A DNA stretch of 64,000 nucleotides from Myxococcales bacterium (GTDB lineage: Bacteria; Myxococcota_A; Polyangia; Polyangiales; DASUME01), in the NCBI GenBank assembly GCA_047601445.1, contig JASGJH010000001.1:5920001-5984000 (forward strand), written 5' to 3'. The stretch's first letter is position 1, and every line of letters starts with the position of its first letter. Shown in pieces: positions 29,043-38,624 of this stretch. The notes beneath the pieces are model-generated. The model searched no databases and had not been told where the DNA came from. It saw nothing but the letters and a program-made list of their open reading frames with translations. A program made the translations under genes and the position numbers.

Positions 29043-30199
29043 CTAAACTCGAGACCGACCAGTCCGGAAAGCCAAACCTTGGGGGTGTCGGCCGTGCGCC
29101 CGGCCGGTTCCACCACCAGCGCGTACGCGCGGGGAAAAAGCGAAGCAGCCAGAGCACCTACGAGCTTTAGTCGCGGCGACAGGCGGAGTCCCAGGCGCAG
29201 GCCTAGACGCAGACCGAGGTTGCTTCGTAAGGCGCGCACCGTGCGCGCCAGGTTCTCGCCCTCGGCGCGCAATAGATCGAGGGCTAGACCAAGGCTCGGC
29301 CCCCCCTCGAAGCGTGAGCGCGCCCACAGCACGGAGCCACTGAACCCGAGTGGAATGCGCGCGAGCGCTACCTTGCCTCCGGGTTCGGCCGGTTCGAGCG
29401 TCAAGCTGGCGCGCGCTTGGCCGCCGACGTTCATGTCCACCAGCAAGGACGGGCCACCTGCGCTCCAGACGCGCTGCAGCCACAGGCTCCCCGCGCCGCC
29501 GGGCTGCACGCCGCTGGTACCGGGGGCGCCTGCCAGGAGGGCGTAGGCGCCGACGCCGAAGCTCGACCCTGGTTCGGCCCGCGTCCAACCAGCCACTTCG
29601 CGCGGCGCTCGGGGAGAGGGGTCGGTCTGGGTGTTCGGGCTCTCCGCGTCGGGCGCGGCGCTGTCCGACGAGTCTGGGTCGCCCTGGGCATCCTGCGGCG
29701 CGCTGTCGAGCATGTTCGCCTCGACCGCGGGCGTGCCCTGTGGACTGACGATCGGCGCGTCGGAGGCGTTCAGGTTCAGCGCGATGAATACGGCGGCGAC
29801 GCGCGCGCGCTCCCTGCAATCGCGGGCGGGGTCACGCTGGATGCGTTGCGTGCCAGCGAGTGCAACCTCGTAGCGATCGCCCAGATCACGCAGTTGCACG
29901 AGCGAACGCTCCGAGGGTGAAGTCCCATCCACCAGGTCCACTTGCGAGCCCGCGCCCAGCAGAGGCAAGAGCAACGCTCGCACGCTGCTCGGGTCGGGGC
30001 ACTCGTCACCGACGATGGTCAGCTGCGCTGCCTGGGCTCGCGCGACGTTCACGCTTGGAGCACGCCCGAGCAGAAGGGGTGAACCGAGCCAGCCCAAGAG
30101 CGCGCCGAACCCTGCGAGCAAGGCCGTGAGCCAGACGTTGCGCCGGCGATCCTCAAGCCTTGAGCAGACTCGGTCGAACACGAGCATGCAGGCTGGCAA
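29033..30199 (-). CDS. Hypothetical exported protein
   Basis: Hydrophobic N-terminus; CP..C pair; beta-rich C-terminus; co-oriented with the sigma gene. Confidence 0.7.
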   Translation of the reverse strand: MPACMLVFDRVCSRLEDRRRNVWLTALLAGFGALLGWLGSPLLLGRAPSVNVARAQAAQLTIVGDECPDPSSVRALLLPLLGAGSQVDLVDGTSPSERSLVQLRDLGDRYEVALAGTQRIQRDPARDCRERARVAAVFIALNLNASDAPIVSPQGTPAVEANMLDSAPQDAQGDPDSSDSAAPDAESPNTQTDPSPRAPREVAGWTRAEPGSSFGVGAYALLAGAPGTSGVQPGGAGSLWLQRVWSAGGPSLLVDMNVGGQARASLTLEPAEPGGKVALARIPLGFSGSVLWARSRFEGGPSLGLALDLLRAEGENLARTVRALRSNLGLRLGLRLGLRLSPRLKLVGALAASLFPRAYALVVEPAGRTADTPKVWLSGLVGLEFRCL

Positions 30200-30369
30200 C
30201 GTGCGTGCGGCGAGTCAAAGTTTTTTCGACGTCGATAGAAGGATTTGAACTTCACCCACCATTTGTCCTCCGAAGTCCGGCTGCTCCTCCGCCGTCGCGC
30301 GTGCGGTGCGGTGCGGCGCGAGGAGGAGGCGTGCTCGTGTGCTTGCAAGGCCACCATCGAAGTCGACGC

Positions 30370-32058
30370 ATGGCGATGCTGCTGTGCCTTTCGTCGTGGT
30401 GCTTCGCGTGCTCGGGCGAGTTGAGCGCCCCGCTCGGCCCCGTGGCCGGGGATTGGTCCGACAGCACCCGTGGCCGCGACGCAGACGGCGACGGCGTGGC
30501 CGATGAGCCCGGAGCGCACGAGAACCCCATTCTTGCCCGCTGCGAGAGCAAGGCCGTGGGACCGAGCGCGCTCAAGCGGCTCACGCACCGTGAGTACGAC
30601 AACGCAGTGCGCGACTTGCTGGGTGATACGTTGCAGCGCGCTCAGGCCTTCGCGCCGGATACGCAGCAGGATCTGTTCGACACCATGGCCGATCAAAGTG
30701 TCTCTAGCTTGCTCGGCGAGCAGTACCTCACGAGTGCGGTCGAGCTTGCGGAAGCGGTGAGCGACGTGCCCAGGCTCCTGGGTTGTGATCCGGCGGGCGC
30801 GACGGGCAGCGGCTGCGTGGAGGACTTCGTGAAGCGCTTCGCTCGGCGTGCTTTTCGGCGGCCGCTCGTCGCCGCAGAGAAGGACCGACTGCTCGTCCTC
30901 TACGAGCAAACCCGTACGGCTGCGGACGCAAACACCGGCGTGCGTGCCGTACTGTCGGCGGTGCTCGCCTCACCCAATTTCCTGTTTCGCCCCGAGTTCG
31001 GCGGCCAGTCCTCGAGCTTGCCCGAGGCGCTCAAGGCCTCCGCCTTCGAAATCGCAGCGCGCCTCTCGTTCCTTCTGTGGTCTTCCGTGCCCGACGAGGT
31101 CGTGCTCGACGCCGCGGCGAATAACCTGCTCTCGAGTCCGCAGCAGATCGAGAAGCAAGCCAGGCGCATGCTCGCCGATCCGCGCGCGCGCACGAGCATC
31201 GAGCACGTCTATCGAGAGTGGTTCGGCCTCGGCCTGCTCGACACCACCACCAAGGACAGCCAGACCTATCCCCAGTTCGACGACGCGTTGCGCGCAGCCA
31301 TGCTCGAAGAGACCCGGCGCTTCGTGAACTACGTGATGTGGGAAGACGACGCCAAGCTCGCCACGCTCCTGACGGCGCCCTATACGTTCGTCGACGGCGC
31401 GCTGGCGAAGCTCTACGACCTGAACACACCCAACGATGCCGCCAGTTTCACGAAGGTCTCGCTGGATCCCGAGCGACGCGCTGGCGTGCTCACTCAGGCC
31501 AGCGTGCTCACCGCCTACGCGGCCTCCAACGAGAGCTCTCCCGTGAAGCGAGGCAAGTGGGTGCGCACGCGCATGTTATGTCAGGATCTGCCGCATCCAC
31601 CGCCCAACGTGCCGGCCTTGCCGCCGCCCAAGCAGGGAGTATCCACACGCGAGCGCTTCGCCATGCACACAGCGAGCCCTGCTTGTGGCGGCTGCCACCA
31701 GTTGATCGACGGCCTTGGTTTCGGGCTCGAGCATTACGACGGCATCGGGGCCTATCGCACCAAGGATCTCGGCGTGCCCATCGACGCCAGCGGTGAGGTC
31801 ACCTCCACCGCGGACATCGACGGCGCATACGAGGGCGGACCCGAGCTCGCCGACCTGCTCGCCGACAGCGCTCAGGTGCGAGCTTGCGCCCCGCTGCAGT
31901 GGTTCCGCTACAGCCTGGGCCGCCGCGAGACCGATGAGGACGCATGCTCGCTGGCAGCCCTACAGAAGACCTTCGCGGAGAGCGACGGCGATCTCAAGGA
32001 GCTCGTGGTGGCGCTGACCCAAACGGACGCCTTCCTGAACTATCGAAAGCCCGACTAG
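30370..32058 (+). CDS. DUF1592-family multi-domain protein (DUF1587/1595/1592/1588/1585)
   Basis: RLTHREYDN, RAFRRP, SPNFLFR, RLSFLLWSSVPD, SPVKRG and CGGCH motifs. Confidence 0.9.
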   Translation: MAMLLCLSSWCFACSGELSAPLGPVAGDWSDSTRGRDADGDGVADEPGAHENPILARCESKAVGPSALKRLTHREYDNAVRDLLGDTLQRAQAFAPDTQQDLFDTMADQSVSSLLGEQYLTSAVELAEAVSDVPRLLGCDPAGATGSGCVEDFVKRFARRAFRRPLVAAEKDRLLVLYEQTRTAADANTGVRAVLSAVLASPNFLFRPEFGGQSSSLPEALKASAFEIAARLSFLLWSSVPDEVVLDAAANNLLSSPQQIEKQARRMLADPRARTSIEHVYREWFGLGLLDTTTKDSQTYPQFDDALRAAMLEETRRFVNYVMWEDDAKLATLLTAPYTFVDGALAKLYDLNTPNDAASFTKVSLDPERRAGVLTQASVLTAYAASNESSPVKRGKWVRTRMLCQDLPHPPPNVPALPPPKQGVSTRERFAMHTASPACGGCHQLIDGLGFGLEHYDGIGAYRTKDLGVPIDASGEVTSTADIDGAYEGGPELADLLADSAQVRACAPLQWFRYSLGRRETDEDACSLAALQKTFAESDGDLKELVVALTQTDAFLNYRKPD

Positions 32059-32066
32059 GAGCTGCC

Positions 32067-33368
32067 ATGGATTCTCGCTTTCTGCTCTCGCGACGCACGC
32101 TCCTGGGCGGTCTCGGCGCGCTCGCCCTGTCGAGCGTGCTTCCCGGCACGCGTCCGCGGGCGCGCGCCAAGGCGCCTACGCGGCTCCTGCTGGTGCACGT
32201 GCCGGAAGGTATGTGGAGCGGCGCGGCGCGACCGGCCGCTGGGTCCACCCAGCTCGGGCCCATCCTCGAGGCCTTGCAGCCCCATCAGGCGAACCTCAGC
32301 GTATTGAACAACCTCGACATGCAGTCGCGCGACTACGGTCCTGGCGGGGATGGACACCACCGTGGCGTCGTGCACATGTTCACGGGCACCGAGCAAGTCG
32401 ACGAGAACAATGCGGGTGGGCCCTCGGTAGACCAGAAGATTGCACAGAGCATCGGCGGTGGTTTGCCCTTTGCCTCGCTGCAGTTCGCGGTTCGCATCGT
32501 GTACGGCGACACCAACTCGCGTCCGATCTGGTCCGGACCCGGCAAGGTGGTGCCGGCCATGCAGAGCCCGTGGGAAGCCTACAAGCGCATCTTCGGCAAT
32601 TTCACTCCACCCGGCTCGAGTCCCGCGCCGACCCCCAAGCTCGATCTGCGCCGCAGTGCCCTGGACTACGCGCTCGCCGACAGCGCAGCGCTGCGTAACA
32701 AGCTCGGCGCGCGTGACCGTGAGCTACTCGATTCCTACCAGGCTTCATTGCGTGACATCGAGCAGCGTCTGATGACGACGCAGGCGCAGATGCCCGCAAG
32801 CTGCGCGCTGCCTCAGCTTGGCGCCGCGGTGGACGAGAAGGCGGAGGCCAACTATCCCGCCATTGGGCGGTTGCAGATGGACTTGATCGTGGCGGCGTTC
32901 CAGTGCGGGCTGACCCGCGTGGCCAGCTTGCAGTGGGGCAACTCGAACGATCAATGCACTTACTCGTTCCTGGGCGTCAACACGCTCGGCCACGACATGG
33001 CCCACAACAACAACAACTGCGACCCCGATCACAGCAAGAAGCTCAAGGTGTACCGCTGGTACTCCGAACAGGCCGCATATCTCCTGAGCAAGCTGAAGTC
33101 CATCCCCGAAGACGGCGGCACGATGCTCGACAACACACTCATTCTTTGGGCCTCCGAGTTCAGCGACTCCAATGGTCACAGCGCCGACAAGCTGATGTGG
33201 CTCTTGATGGGCAACGCGGGCGGCTTCTTCAAGACCGGCAAGGTGCTCGACTGCGGAGGACGCTCCGTGAACGATGTGCACGTCTCGTTGTGCAATGCCC
33301 TCGGCCTCCAGACCTCGAGCTTCGGCAACCCTGCCTATTGCAAAGGCGCGCTGCCCGGGCTCACATAG
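32067..33368 (+). CDS. DUF1552 family protein (Tat-like signal)
   Basis: SRRTLL; SVDQ, LTRVASLQ and TMLDNTL motifs; AGGAG RBS. Confidence 0.9.
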   Translation: MDSRFLLSRRTLLGGLGALALSSVLPGTRPRARAKAPTRLLLVHVPEGMWSGAARPAAGSTQLGPILEALQPHQANLSVLNNLDMQSRDYGPGGDGHHRGVVHMFTGTEQVDENNAGGPSVDQKIAQSIGGGLPFASLQFAVRIVYGDTNSRPIWSGPGKVVPAMQSPWEAYKRIFGNFTPPGSSPAPTPKLDLRRSALDYALADSAALRNKLGARDRELLDSYQASLRDIEQRLMTTQAQMPASCALPQLGAAVDEKAEANYPAIGRLQMDLIVAAFQCGLTRVASLQWGNSNDQCTYSFLGVNTLGHDMAHNNNNCDPDHSKKLKVYRWYSEQAAYLLSKLKSIPEDGGTMLDNTLILWASEFSDSNGHSADKLMWLLMGNAGGFFKTGKVLDCGGRSVNDVHVSLCNALGLQTSSFGNPAYCKGALPGLT

Positions 33369-33373
33369 GCCTC

Positions 33374-34477
33374 GTGTTCTCGTCTTTGTCGGAAGCAGCC
33401 TCCAAGCGCGTGCCGCGGCACCTGCGCATGCTCGTGCTGACGCTGGCCGCCTGCAATCCCGAAGCGCTGATCGGCTACGATCCCTCGCCTGAGGCTCCTA
33501 CGGACGCCGGGCTCGACGCGGGCCTCGGCGACGCGGCGCTGAGCGACGCTGGCGATGCAGGCGCTGTGGGCGAGGTCGATGCCCGCTTGCCCATCAAGGG
33601 GCCACTCTCGGGTCTGCCGTGGGTCTCCGGGGCGCACCACAGCAACGAGCCCGCCAAGTACCTCGAGTTCGGTGACTGGCGTGGGCGTACGCTCGACTTG
33701 GCCACCCTCTACGTGGACCGGACGAGCTGGGTCAACGTGGTCACGCCGACCTGGTTCCTGGACACCTTCGCCTCGTTCCCAGGGCAGCTGGTGCTGAACG
33801 AACCGTTGTATCCGCCTGACCTGGGCGACAATCAAGCGTGCGCGCGCGGCGACTACGACGGCCAGTGGCGCATGCTCGGAGATCTGTTGGTGAGCAGGGG
33901 TCGCGCGGACTCCATCGTGCGCCTCGGCTGGGGGCCCACCGATCCCGAGCACGCCTGGCGCTCGGACGCCGATCCGAGCGCGTGGATCGCCTGCTATCGA
34001 CGCGTGGTCGACGCGCTGCGCGAGCGTGATCCGAGCGTGCTCATCGACTGGTCCTTCGACCCCATCGCCTCCTCCATCCCGCAGAGCGGCGATCCCTACG
34101 ACACCTATCCCGGTGACGACTACGTCGACATCGTGGGGATCGACGCCTTCGACCGCTACCCGCCCACGCGTGACGAGGCGGCCTGGCAAGCCAAGTTCGA
34201 GAGCCCGCTCGGCCTGGGGCGCGCCATCGCCTTTGCGCGCGCGCACGGGAAGCGACTCTCCGTGGGCGAGTGGGGCGTGGTTACCTGTGGCGACAGCAGC
34301 GGGGGCGACAACCCCTTCTACGTGCGCAAGATGGTGGAGACCTTCCGCGCCAACGCGGACATCCTCGCCTACGAGAGCTACTTCGACGATCGGGAGGAGA
34401 GCTGCTCTCAACTACTGGACGCGAGCAGCGCACCCATGGCCGCAGCCGAATACGTGAAGCAATACAGCGCGCCGTAG
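33374..34477 (+). CDS. GH26-like lipoprotein (start 33374 or 33428)
   Basis: LAAC lipobox; GDYD, IVRLGW, YPGDDYVDIVGIDAFD and HGKRLSVGEWG motifs. Confidence 0.8.
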   Translation: MFSSLSEAASKRVPRHLRMLVLTLAACNPEALIGYDPSPEAPTDAGLDAGLGDAALSDAGDAGAVGEVDARLPIKGPLSGLPWVSGAHHSNEPAKYLEFGDWRGRTLDLATLYVDRTSWVNVVTPTWFLDTFASFPGQLVLNEPLYPPDLGDNQACARGDYDGQWRMLGDLLVSRGRADSIVRLGWGPTDPEHAWRSDADPSAWIACYRRVVDALRERDPSVLIDWSFDPIASSIPQSGDPYDTYPGDDYVDIVGIDAFDRYPPTRDEAAWQAKFESPLGLGRAIAFARAHGKRLSVGEWGVVTCGDSSGGDNPFYVRKMVETFRANADILAYESYFDDREESCSQLLDASSAPMAAAEYVKQYSAP

Positions 34478-34497
34478 AGCTTCCTCCAAGGCTGCGC

Positions 34498-35274
34498 TCA
34501 AGCGAGCAGCCGCTCGAGCTCGTCGAGGCCCGCGGTGAAGCAGGCCGGTCCCGGCTGCAGGATGATCGCCGGGTCGAGCTCGTGCACGCGCCCTGACTTC
34601 ACCGCAGGCAGAGCCGAGAAGCCCGGGCGCGCTTCGAAGCTCGCGCGATCGAAGGGCTTGCCGCACCAGCTGGCGAGCACCACGTCGGGCGCGCGCGCGA
34701 TTACCTCGGCCTGGCTCACGAAGCGGTCCTTGGCGAGTCCGGCTTCGGCGCGATCCTTGAACACGTTGTCGCCGCCGGCGATCTCGATCAACTCGGAGAC
34801 CCACTGGATGCTGGTGATCATGGGGTCATCCCACTCCTCGAAATAGACCTTGGGTCGCGTCACGCGTGCCGCCGCGCGCGTACGCAGCGTTTCGACGCGC
34901 GTTCGGTAGGACGCGACGAGCTGCGCCGCACGTGGCTCGGCCCCGACCAGGCGGCCCATCGTCAGCATCACGCCCAGGATCTGTTCCAGCGAGCGTTGGT
35001 TGAAGATCAGCACCTGCAAGCCTGCCGCGATGAGCTCGCTGGCTAACTTGGCTTGAATGTCCGAGAAGCCGATCACCAGGTCCGGCTCGAGTGCCTTGAT
35101 CTTCTTGACGCTGCCTCCGATGAAGGCCGACACGATGGGCTTGTCGCGCTTGGCCTCGGGGGGCCGCACCGTGTACGCACTGATGCCCACGATGCGCCGC
35201 TCCTCGCCGAGCAGATAGAGCAATTCGGTCGGTTCCTCGGTCAGGCAGACGATGCGTTCGACGGGATCGCGCAT
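34498..35274 (-). CDS. Cobalamin-binding/BtuF-like helical-backbone protein, no signal peptide
   Basis: RIVCLTEE, VYFEEWDDP, SWCGK and LQPGPA motifs. Confidence 0.85.
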   Translation of the reverse strand: MRDPVERIVCLTEEPTELLYLLGEERRIVGISAYTVRPPEAKRDKPIVSAFIGGSVKKIKALEPDLVIGFSDIQAKLASELIAAGLQVLIFNQRSLEQILGVMLTMGRLVGAEPRAAQLVASYRTRVETLRTRAAARVTRPKVYFEEWDDPMITSIQWVSELIEIAGGDNVFKDRAEAGLAKDRFVSQAEVIARAPDVVLASWCGKPFDRASFEARPGFSALPAVKSGRVHELDPAIILQPGPACFTAGLDELERLLA

Positions 35275-35547
35275 GGGCCTTCAAGGATGCCACGTCAGGT
35301 CAGTCGGGTCTCCGCCCCGTTCCATTGCGGGCGCGATTTCGCAGCCCGAGTGCGCGGCCAGTGGGGGAGTCGTCTCAGAGCTCACGGAAACGGACCCCGC
35401 TGGCAGCCCCTCCGCTCGCCGATCTCAGATTCGGCGGGTCGACCGCGATTCGCTTGAGAGAAACCCTCGATTTTCGCGACACACCGTCCGTCCCGCAGCT
35501 CGCGTCCACGCCAGGCTGCCGCAACACGCAAGGAAAGCTCCTAGATC

Positions 35548-36540
35548 ATGCAGAAAACTCCTTCGTACCGCGATCTCGCGCTGTGGGCCCTGTTGACGGC
35601 GGCGGGCTGCAGCGAGGACACCACGCCCACGCGTGACGGTGGCTCCGACCATGAGGGCGACAAGTTCGACGGCGGAGGCGACGGCGACGGGGACGGCGGC
35701 GTTGGAGCCGACACCACGGCCAAGCTCGGGGACAACGTGGCCGGCAAGGCCTGCGGCTCCGCCGCCGACTGCCAGGGGACGAACGCCAAGTGCGTGACCA
35801 GCGTCGGCGGCCTGCTCGGCTTCGGTGCCACCGCCACACCCGGCGGCTACTGCAGCGGAGATTGCGCGCAGGATAGCGATTGCGGCGCGGGCGGCGTGTG
35901 CTCTGGATCGCAGCTCGGCATGGGCAGTTGCCGGCGCGCTTGCGACAAGGACGCCGATTGCACTCGCTCGGGCTACTACTGCGCGGCGGGCCTCAATCTG
36001 CAGCTCGTGACGCTGCCCGACAGCTGTCTGCCGCGGCCCGAGACCGACAAGCTCGGTGACGGCATCGTGGGTAAGGCGTGCACCTCGGACCGCAACTGCG
36101 GGGATGGGCGCTGCGCCGACACGATCGGCGGTGCCAGCGGCTTCGGCATGTCCTACGGCGACGTGCCGGCGCCCGACGGCTACTGCACCGGCTCCTGCCT
36201 CCAGGACAGCGAGTGCGGAGCCAACGGCAAGTGCGTCACGTTCCTGCCCAACGAGCCTGGTGAGTGCTACCTCGAATGTGGCGCCGCCTGTGACAAGCGC
36301 GAGGGCTACCACTGCGGCCCGGTGTTCGCGACCGGTGGCGGCAACCGCGGCGGCAACGGAGGTGGCGTCTTCGGCGGCGGCGGTGGCGCCGGTGTCGACA
36401 TCCCAAACGTCTGCATGCCCAAGCCCGTCAGCGACGGTGGAATGCCCGATGGTGGCTCACATCACGACGGCGGCACAGAACACGACGGCGGCACCGATGC
36501 GGGCCACCACGACGCCGGACCCGACGGCGGCCACTCCTGA
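35548..36540 (+). CDS. Cys-rich lipoprotein with two internal repeats
   Basis: AAGC lipobox; duplicated KLGD..GKAC..GYC..C..DS.CG..G.C unit. Confidence 0.85.
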   Translation: MQKTPSYRDLALWALLTAAGCSEDTTPTRDGGSDHEGDKFDGGGDGDGDGGVGADTTAKLGDNVAGKACGSAADCQGTNAKCVTSVGGLLGFGATATPGGYCSGDCAQDSDCGAGGVCSGSQLGMGSCRRACDKDADCTRSGYYCAAGLNLQLVTLPDSCLPRPETDKLGDGIVGKACTSDRNCGDGRCADTIGGASGFGMSYGDVPAPDGYCTGSCLQDSECGANGKCVTFLPNEPGECYLECGAACDKREGYHCGPVFATGGGNRGGNGGGVFGGGGGAGVDIPNVCMPKPVSDGGMPDGGSHHDGGTEHDGGTDAGHHDAGPDGGHS

Positions 36541-36595
36541 GGTCGTTTCACTGGGAGGTCGCGTGCCTTCACTGGGGACGAGGCGAGCGCACTTC

Positions 36596-36672
36596 GTGAG
36601 CGAAGCGAACCTCGCGGTGGGGTGGGTCCCAGCGCGCCTTCGCCGCCGGCGGGGAGGGCGCGTGCCCTCCCC
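36596..36672 (+). repeat. Dispersed element, copy B (preceded by a remnant 3' hairpin at 36553-36570)
   Basis: GTGAGCGAAGCGAACCTCGC-GGTGGGGTGGGTCCC..GGGGAGGGCGCGTGCCCTCCCC. Confidence 0.9.
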
Positions 36673-36675
36673 GTT

Positions 36676-37878
36676 CTAACTCGACTCGCTCGCGTGCAGG
36701 ATGACGTGGGCCACTTGACGATAGAGCTTGAAGAACTCGTCGTCGCCGAAGCAGCTGCCGCTGTGCAGGAGGCCCGCCATCACCTGGTGTGGGCGGTCCA
36801 GGCCCTCGGCGTCGGTGACCCACACGGAGCGATCGTAGTAGCCCACCACGTCGAAGTGATCGGCCACCACCACCGCCGCGAGCTCCGCCGGATCCCGCGG
36901 GTTGATCAGCTGGCGGGCGGTGTTCACCACGCCGTCGTTGCTGGCCAAGTCGAGCGCCGCCGGCAGGCGCGCGTGGCGGCTGATGATCACACGCTCGGGG
37001 GAGGCTACAGCCTCCTCTAGCAAGCGCAGGGTCGGCCGCACGGCCTCGCCCTTGAGCATGCTGCCCGTGTGCTGACCCGAGGTGCGCATCCACATGTCGT
37101 CGAAAAAGGCGTCGGTGTCCGGGCCAGGGGCGGGATCGAGCGCATCGGGCAAACCCGCGATGGTGACGAAGCTGGCGCGACGCACCCGGGGCAGATCCGG
37201 CACGGCGCGTTGATAGAGCTCCTCCATGCGGTCGGGGCGCAGTGCTTCGATGAGGTCGTTCCAGCGCAGCACCTCGAAGAAGAACTTCCAGACCTTGTGG
37301 CCCTCGCGCGCGACGCTGATCAGGGTCTCGCTGGTGCTCACGTCGCTCGCCGCCGACACCATCAGCTTCAACAGAAGGTTGCCGAAAGGCACGGCCCCGC
37401 CGGGCGCGTGCTTGGGGCTGGCCAAGAACTGCGCCACCGGATCATCCGCCAGGCAGGTGCCTTGATGCGGGCTGCCGATGGAGATCACGCTGCGCAGGCG
37501 CTCGCGCAACGGGCGTGCATCGACGCCGTCATGGGAGGCCCAGCTGACTTGGCCCACGGGCTCCGAGAGCGTGAGCAGGTGAGCGTCCACGCCGCCCGTG
37601 CTGTGACCCACGAGGTGCACGTTGCCCACGCAATCGAAGACGGACATGCGATTGAGCAGGGTCTTCACCAGCGCGCTCTGGCGCTGCGCGAAGGACCCCG
37701 TGGGGAGGATGGGGACGGGTACGACGTACACCGTACGGCCGAGTCTATCTTCGAGGCAGGCGCGCAGGGCCGCAGTCACGCGGTCGGCGAAGTAGCCGAA
37801 GTTGCCGAACCGCTCGAACCCGAGAAAGCCGGGGATCAAGAACACGAGGTCGCAGGGCCTCGCACGTGAAACTGCCAT
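36676..37878 (-). CDS. Lipase-like alpha/beta hydrolase
   Basis: LIPGFLGF, GHSTG, SPHQGT, NDGVV and ADHFDVVG motifs. Confidence 0.88.
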   Translation of the reverse strand: MAVSRARPCDLVFLIPGFLGFERFGNFGYFADRVTAALRACLEDRLGRTVYVVPVPILPTGSFAQRQSALVKTLLNRMSVFDCVGNVHLVGHSTGGVDAHLLTLSEPVGQVSWASHDGVDARPLRERLRSVISIGSPHQGTCLADDPVAQFLASPKHAPGGAVPFGNLLLKLMVSAASDVSTSETLISVAREGHKVWKFFFEVLRWNDLIEALRPDRMEELYQRAVPDLPRVRRASFVTIAGLPDALDPAPGPDTDAFFDDMWMRTSGQHTGSMLKGEAVRPTLRLLEEAVASPERVIISRHARLPAALDLASNDGVVNTARQLINPRDPAELAAVVVADHFDVVGYYDRSVWVTDAEGLDRPHQVMAGLLHSGSCFGDDEFFKLYRQVAHVILHASESS

Positions 37879-37960
37879 GGGTCGAGGGTACCAGGTTCCG
37901 CGCCAGCCCGCAGAGATTGGGCGGCCTCGTGGAGGCTGCACTCGGCTCGCTCTCGGCGCG

Positions 37961-38395
37961 TTACTCCGCGAGCGTTACGCCCGAGCCGCCCAACTCGGCG
38001 GGGAAGTCTTTCTGCTTGGGCAGGCCGTCGTGCAGGCGCAGTACCGTCTCGGCGTAGTTGACGTGCACGCCGGGCTTGAACTCGAGTTCCGGTAGCACGG
38101 CCGCGTAGACGTCAGTGAGGTTGAAGCCTGGATGCTCGGTGAGCAGGTGGCCTCCGCATTTCTTGCACCACTTGCGAATACTGCGCTCCGTCTTGGCGTA
38201 CGAGCCCACCTGGTCGGCCCCGCGCGTAATCTTCACGGCGCTCGGCGGCCACAAGGTGAACGCGTTGACCGGTCCGGCTGACCACTGCCTGCAGGATTCG
38301 CAGTGGCAGTAGCCCATGGCGGCGGGCTGGCCCTCTGCTTGCACTTCGACAGCGCCGCAAAAACAGTGTCCGGTGTATGCACTTTTGGTCGACAT
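37961..38395 (-). CDS. GFA (glutathione-dependent formaldehyde-activating) family protein
   Basis: GHCFCGAV, CHCESCR and CKKCG motifs; AGGAGG RBS. Confidence 0.93.
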   Translation of the reverse strand: MSTKSAYTGHCFCGAVEVQAEGQPAAMGYCHCESCRQWSAGPVNAFTLWPPSAVKITRGADQVGSYAKTERSIRKWCKKCGGHLLTEHPGFNLTDVYAAVLPELEFKPGVHVNYAETVLRLHDGLPKQKDFPAELGGSGVTLAE

Positions 38396-38539
38396 GGATC
38401 CTTCCTCCTGAAGGTGGGCCCGGCTAGAGACCGGGCTCGCTCACTCCTTGAGTATCCGCACCAGAGCCATCCGTAGTATGGCCGTGCGTCCGAGGTCCAT
38501 ACCCGCAAATCCGAAATTGCCGCTCAATCCCCTGTTGTC

Positions 38540-38620
38540 GAGGAGGTCACGCGACCTCCGCGCCGGTCGCAGCAAAGCTGCGCCGGGTCCCACCCGCACC
38601 GCGAGCTTCGCTTCGCTCAC
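38540..38620 (-). repeat. Dispersed element, copy C
   Basis: Minus strand GTGAGCGAAGCGAAGCTCGC-GGTGCGGGTGGGACCC-GGCGCAGCTTTGCTGCG..GGAGGTCGCGTGACCTCC. Confidence 0.88.
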
Positions 38621-38624
38621 GAAC

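Noticed and set aside
35275..35547. Cobalamin riboswitch upstream of the BtuF-like gene
   Set aside because: Only loose CCACTG and GACCTG resemblance; the conserved GGGAA..GGTG..AA.TCC core is absent
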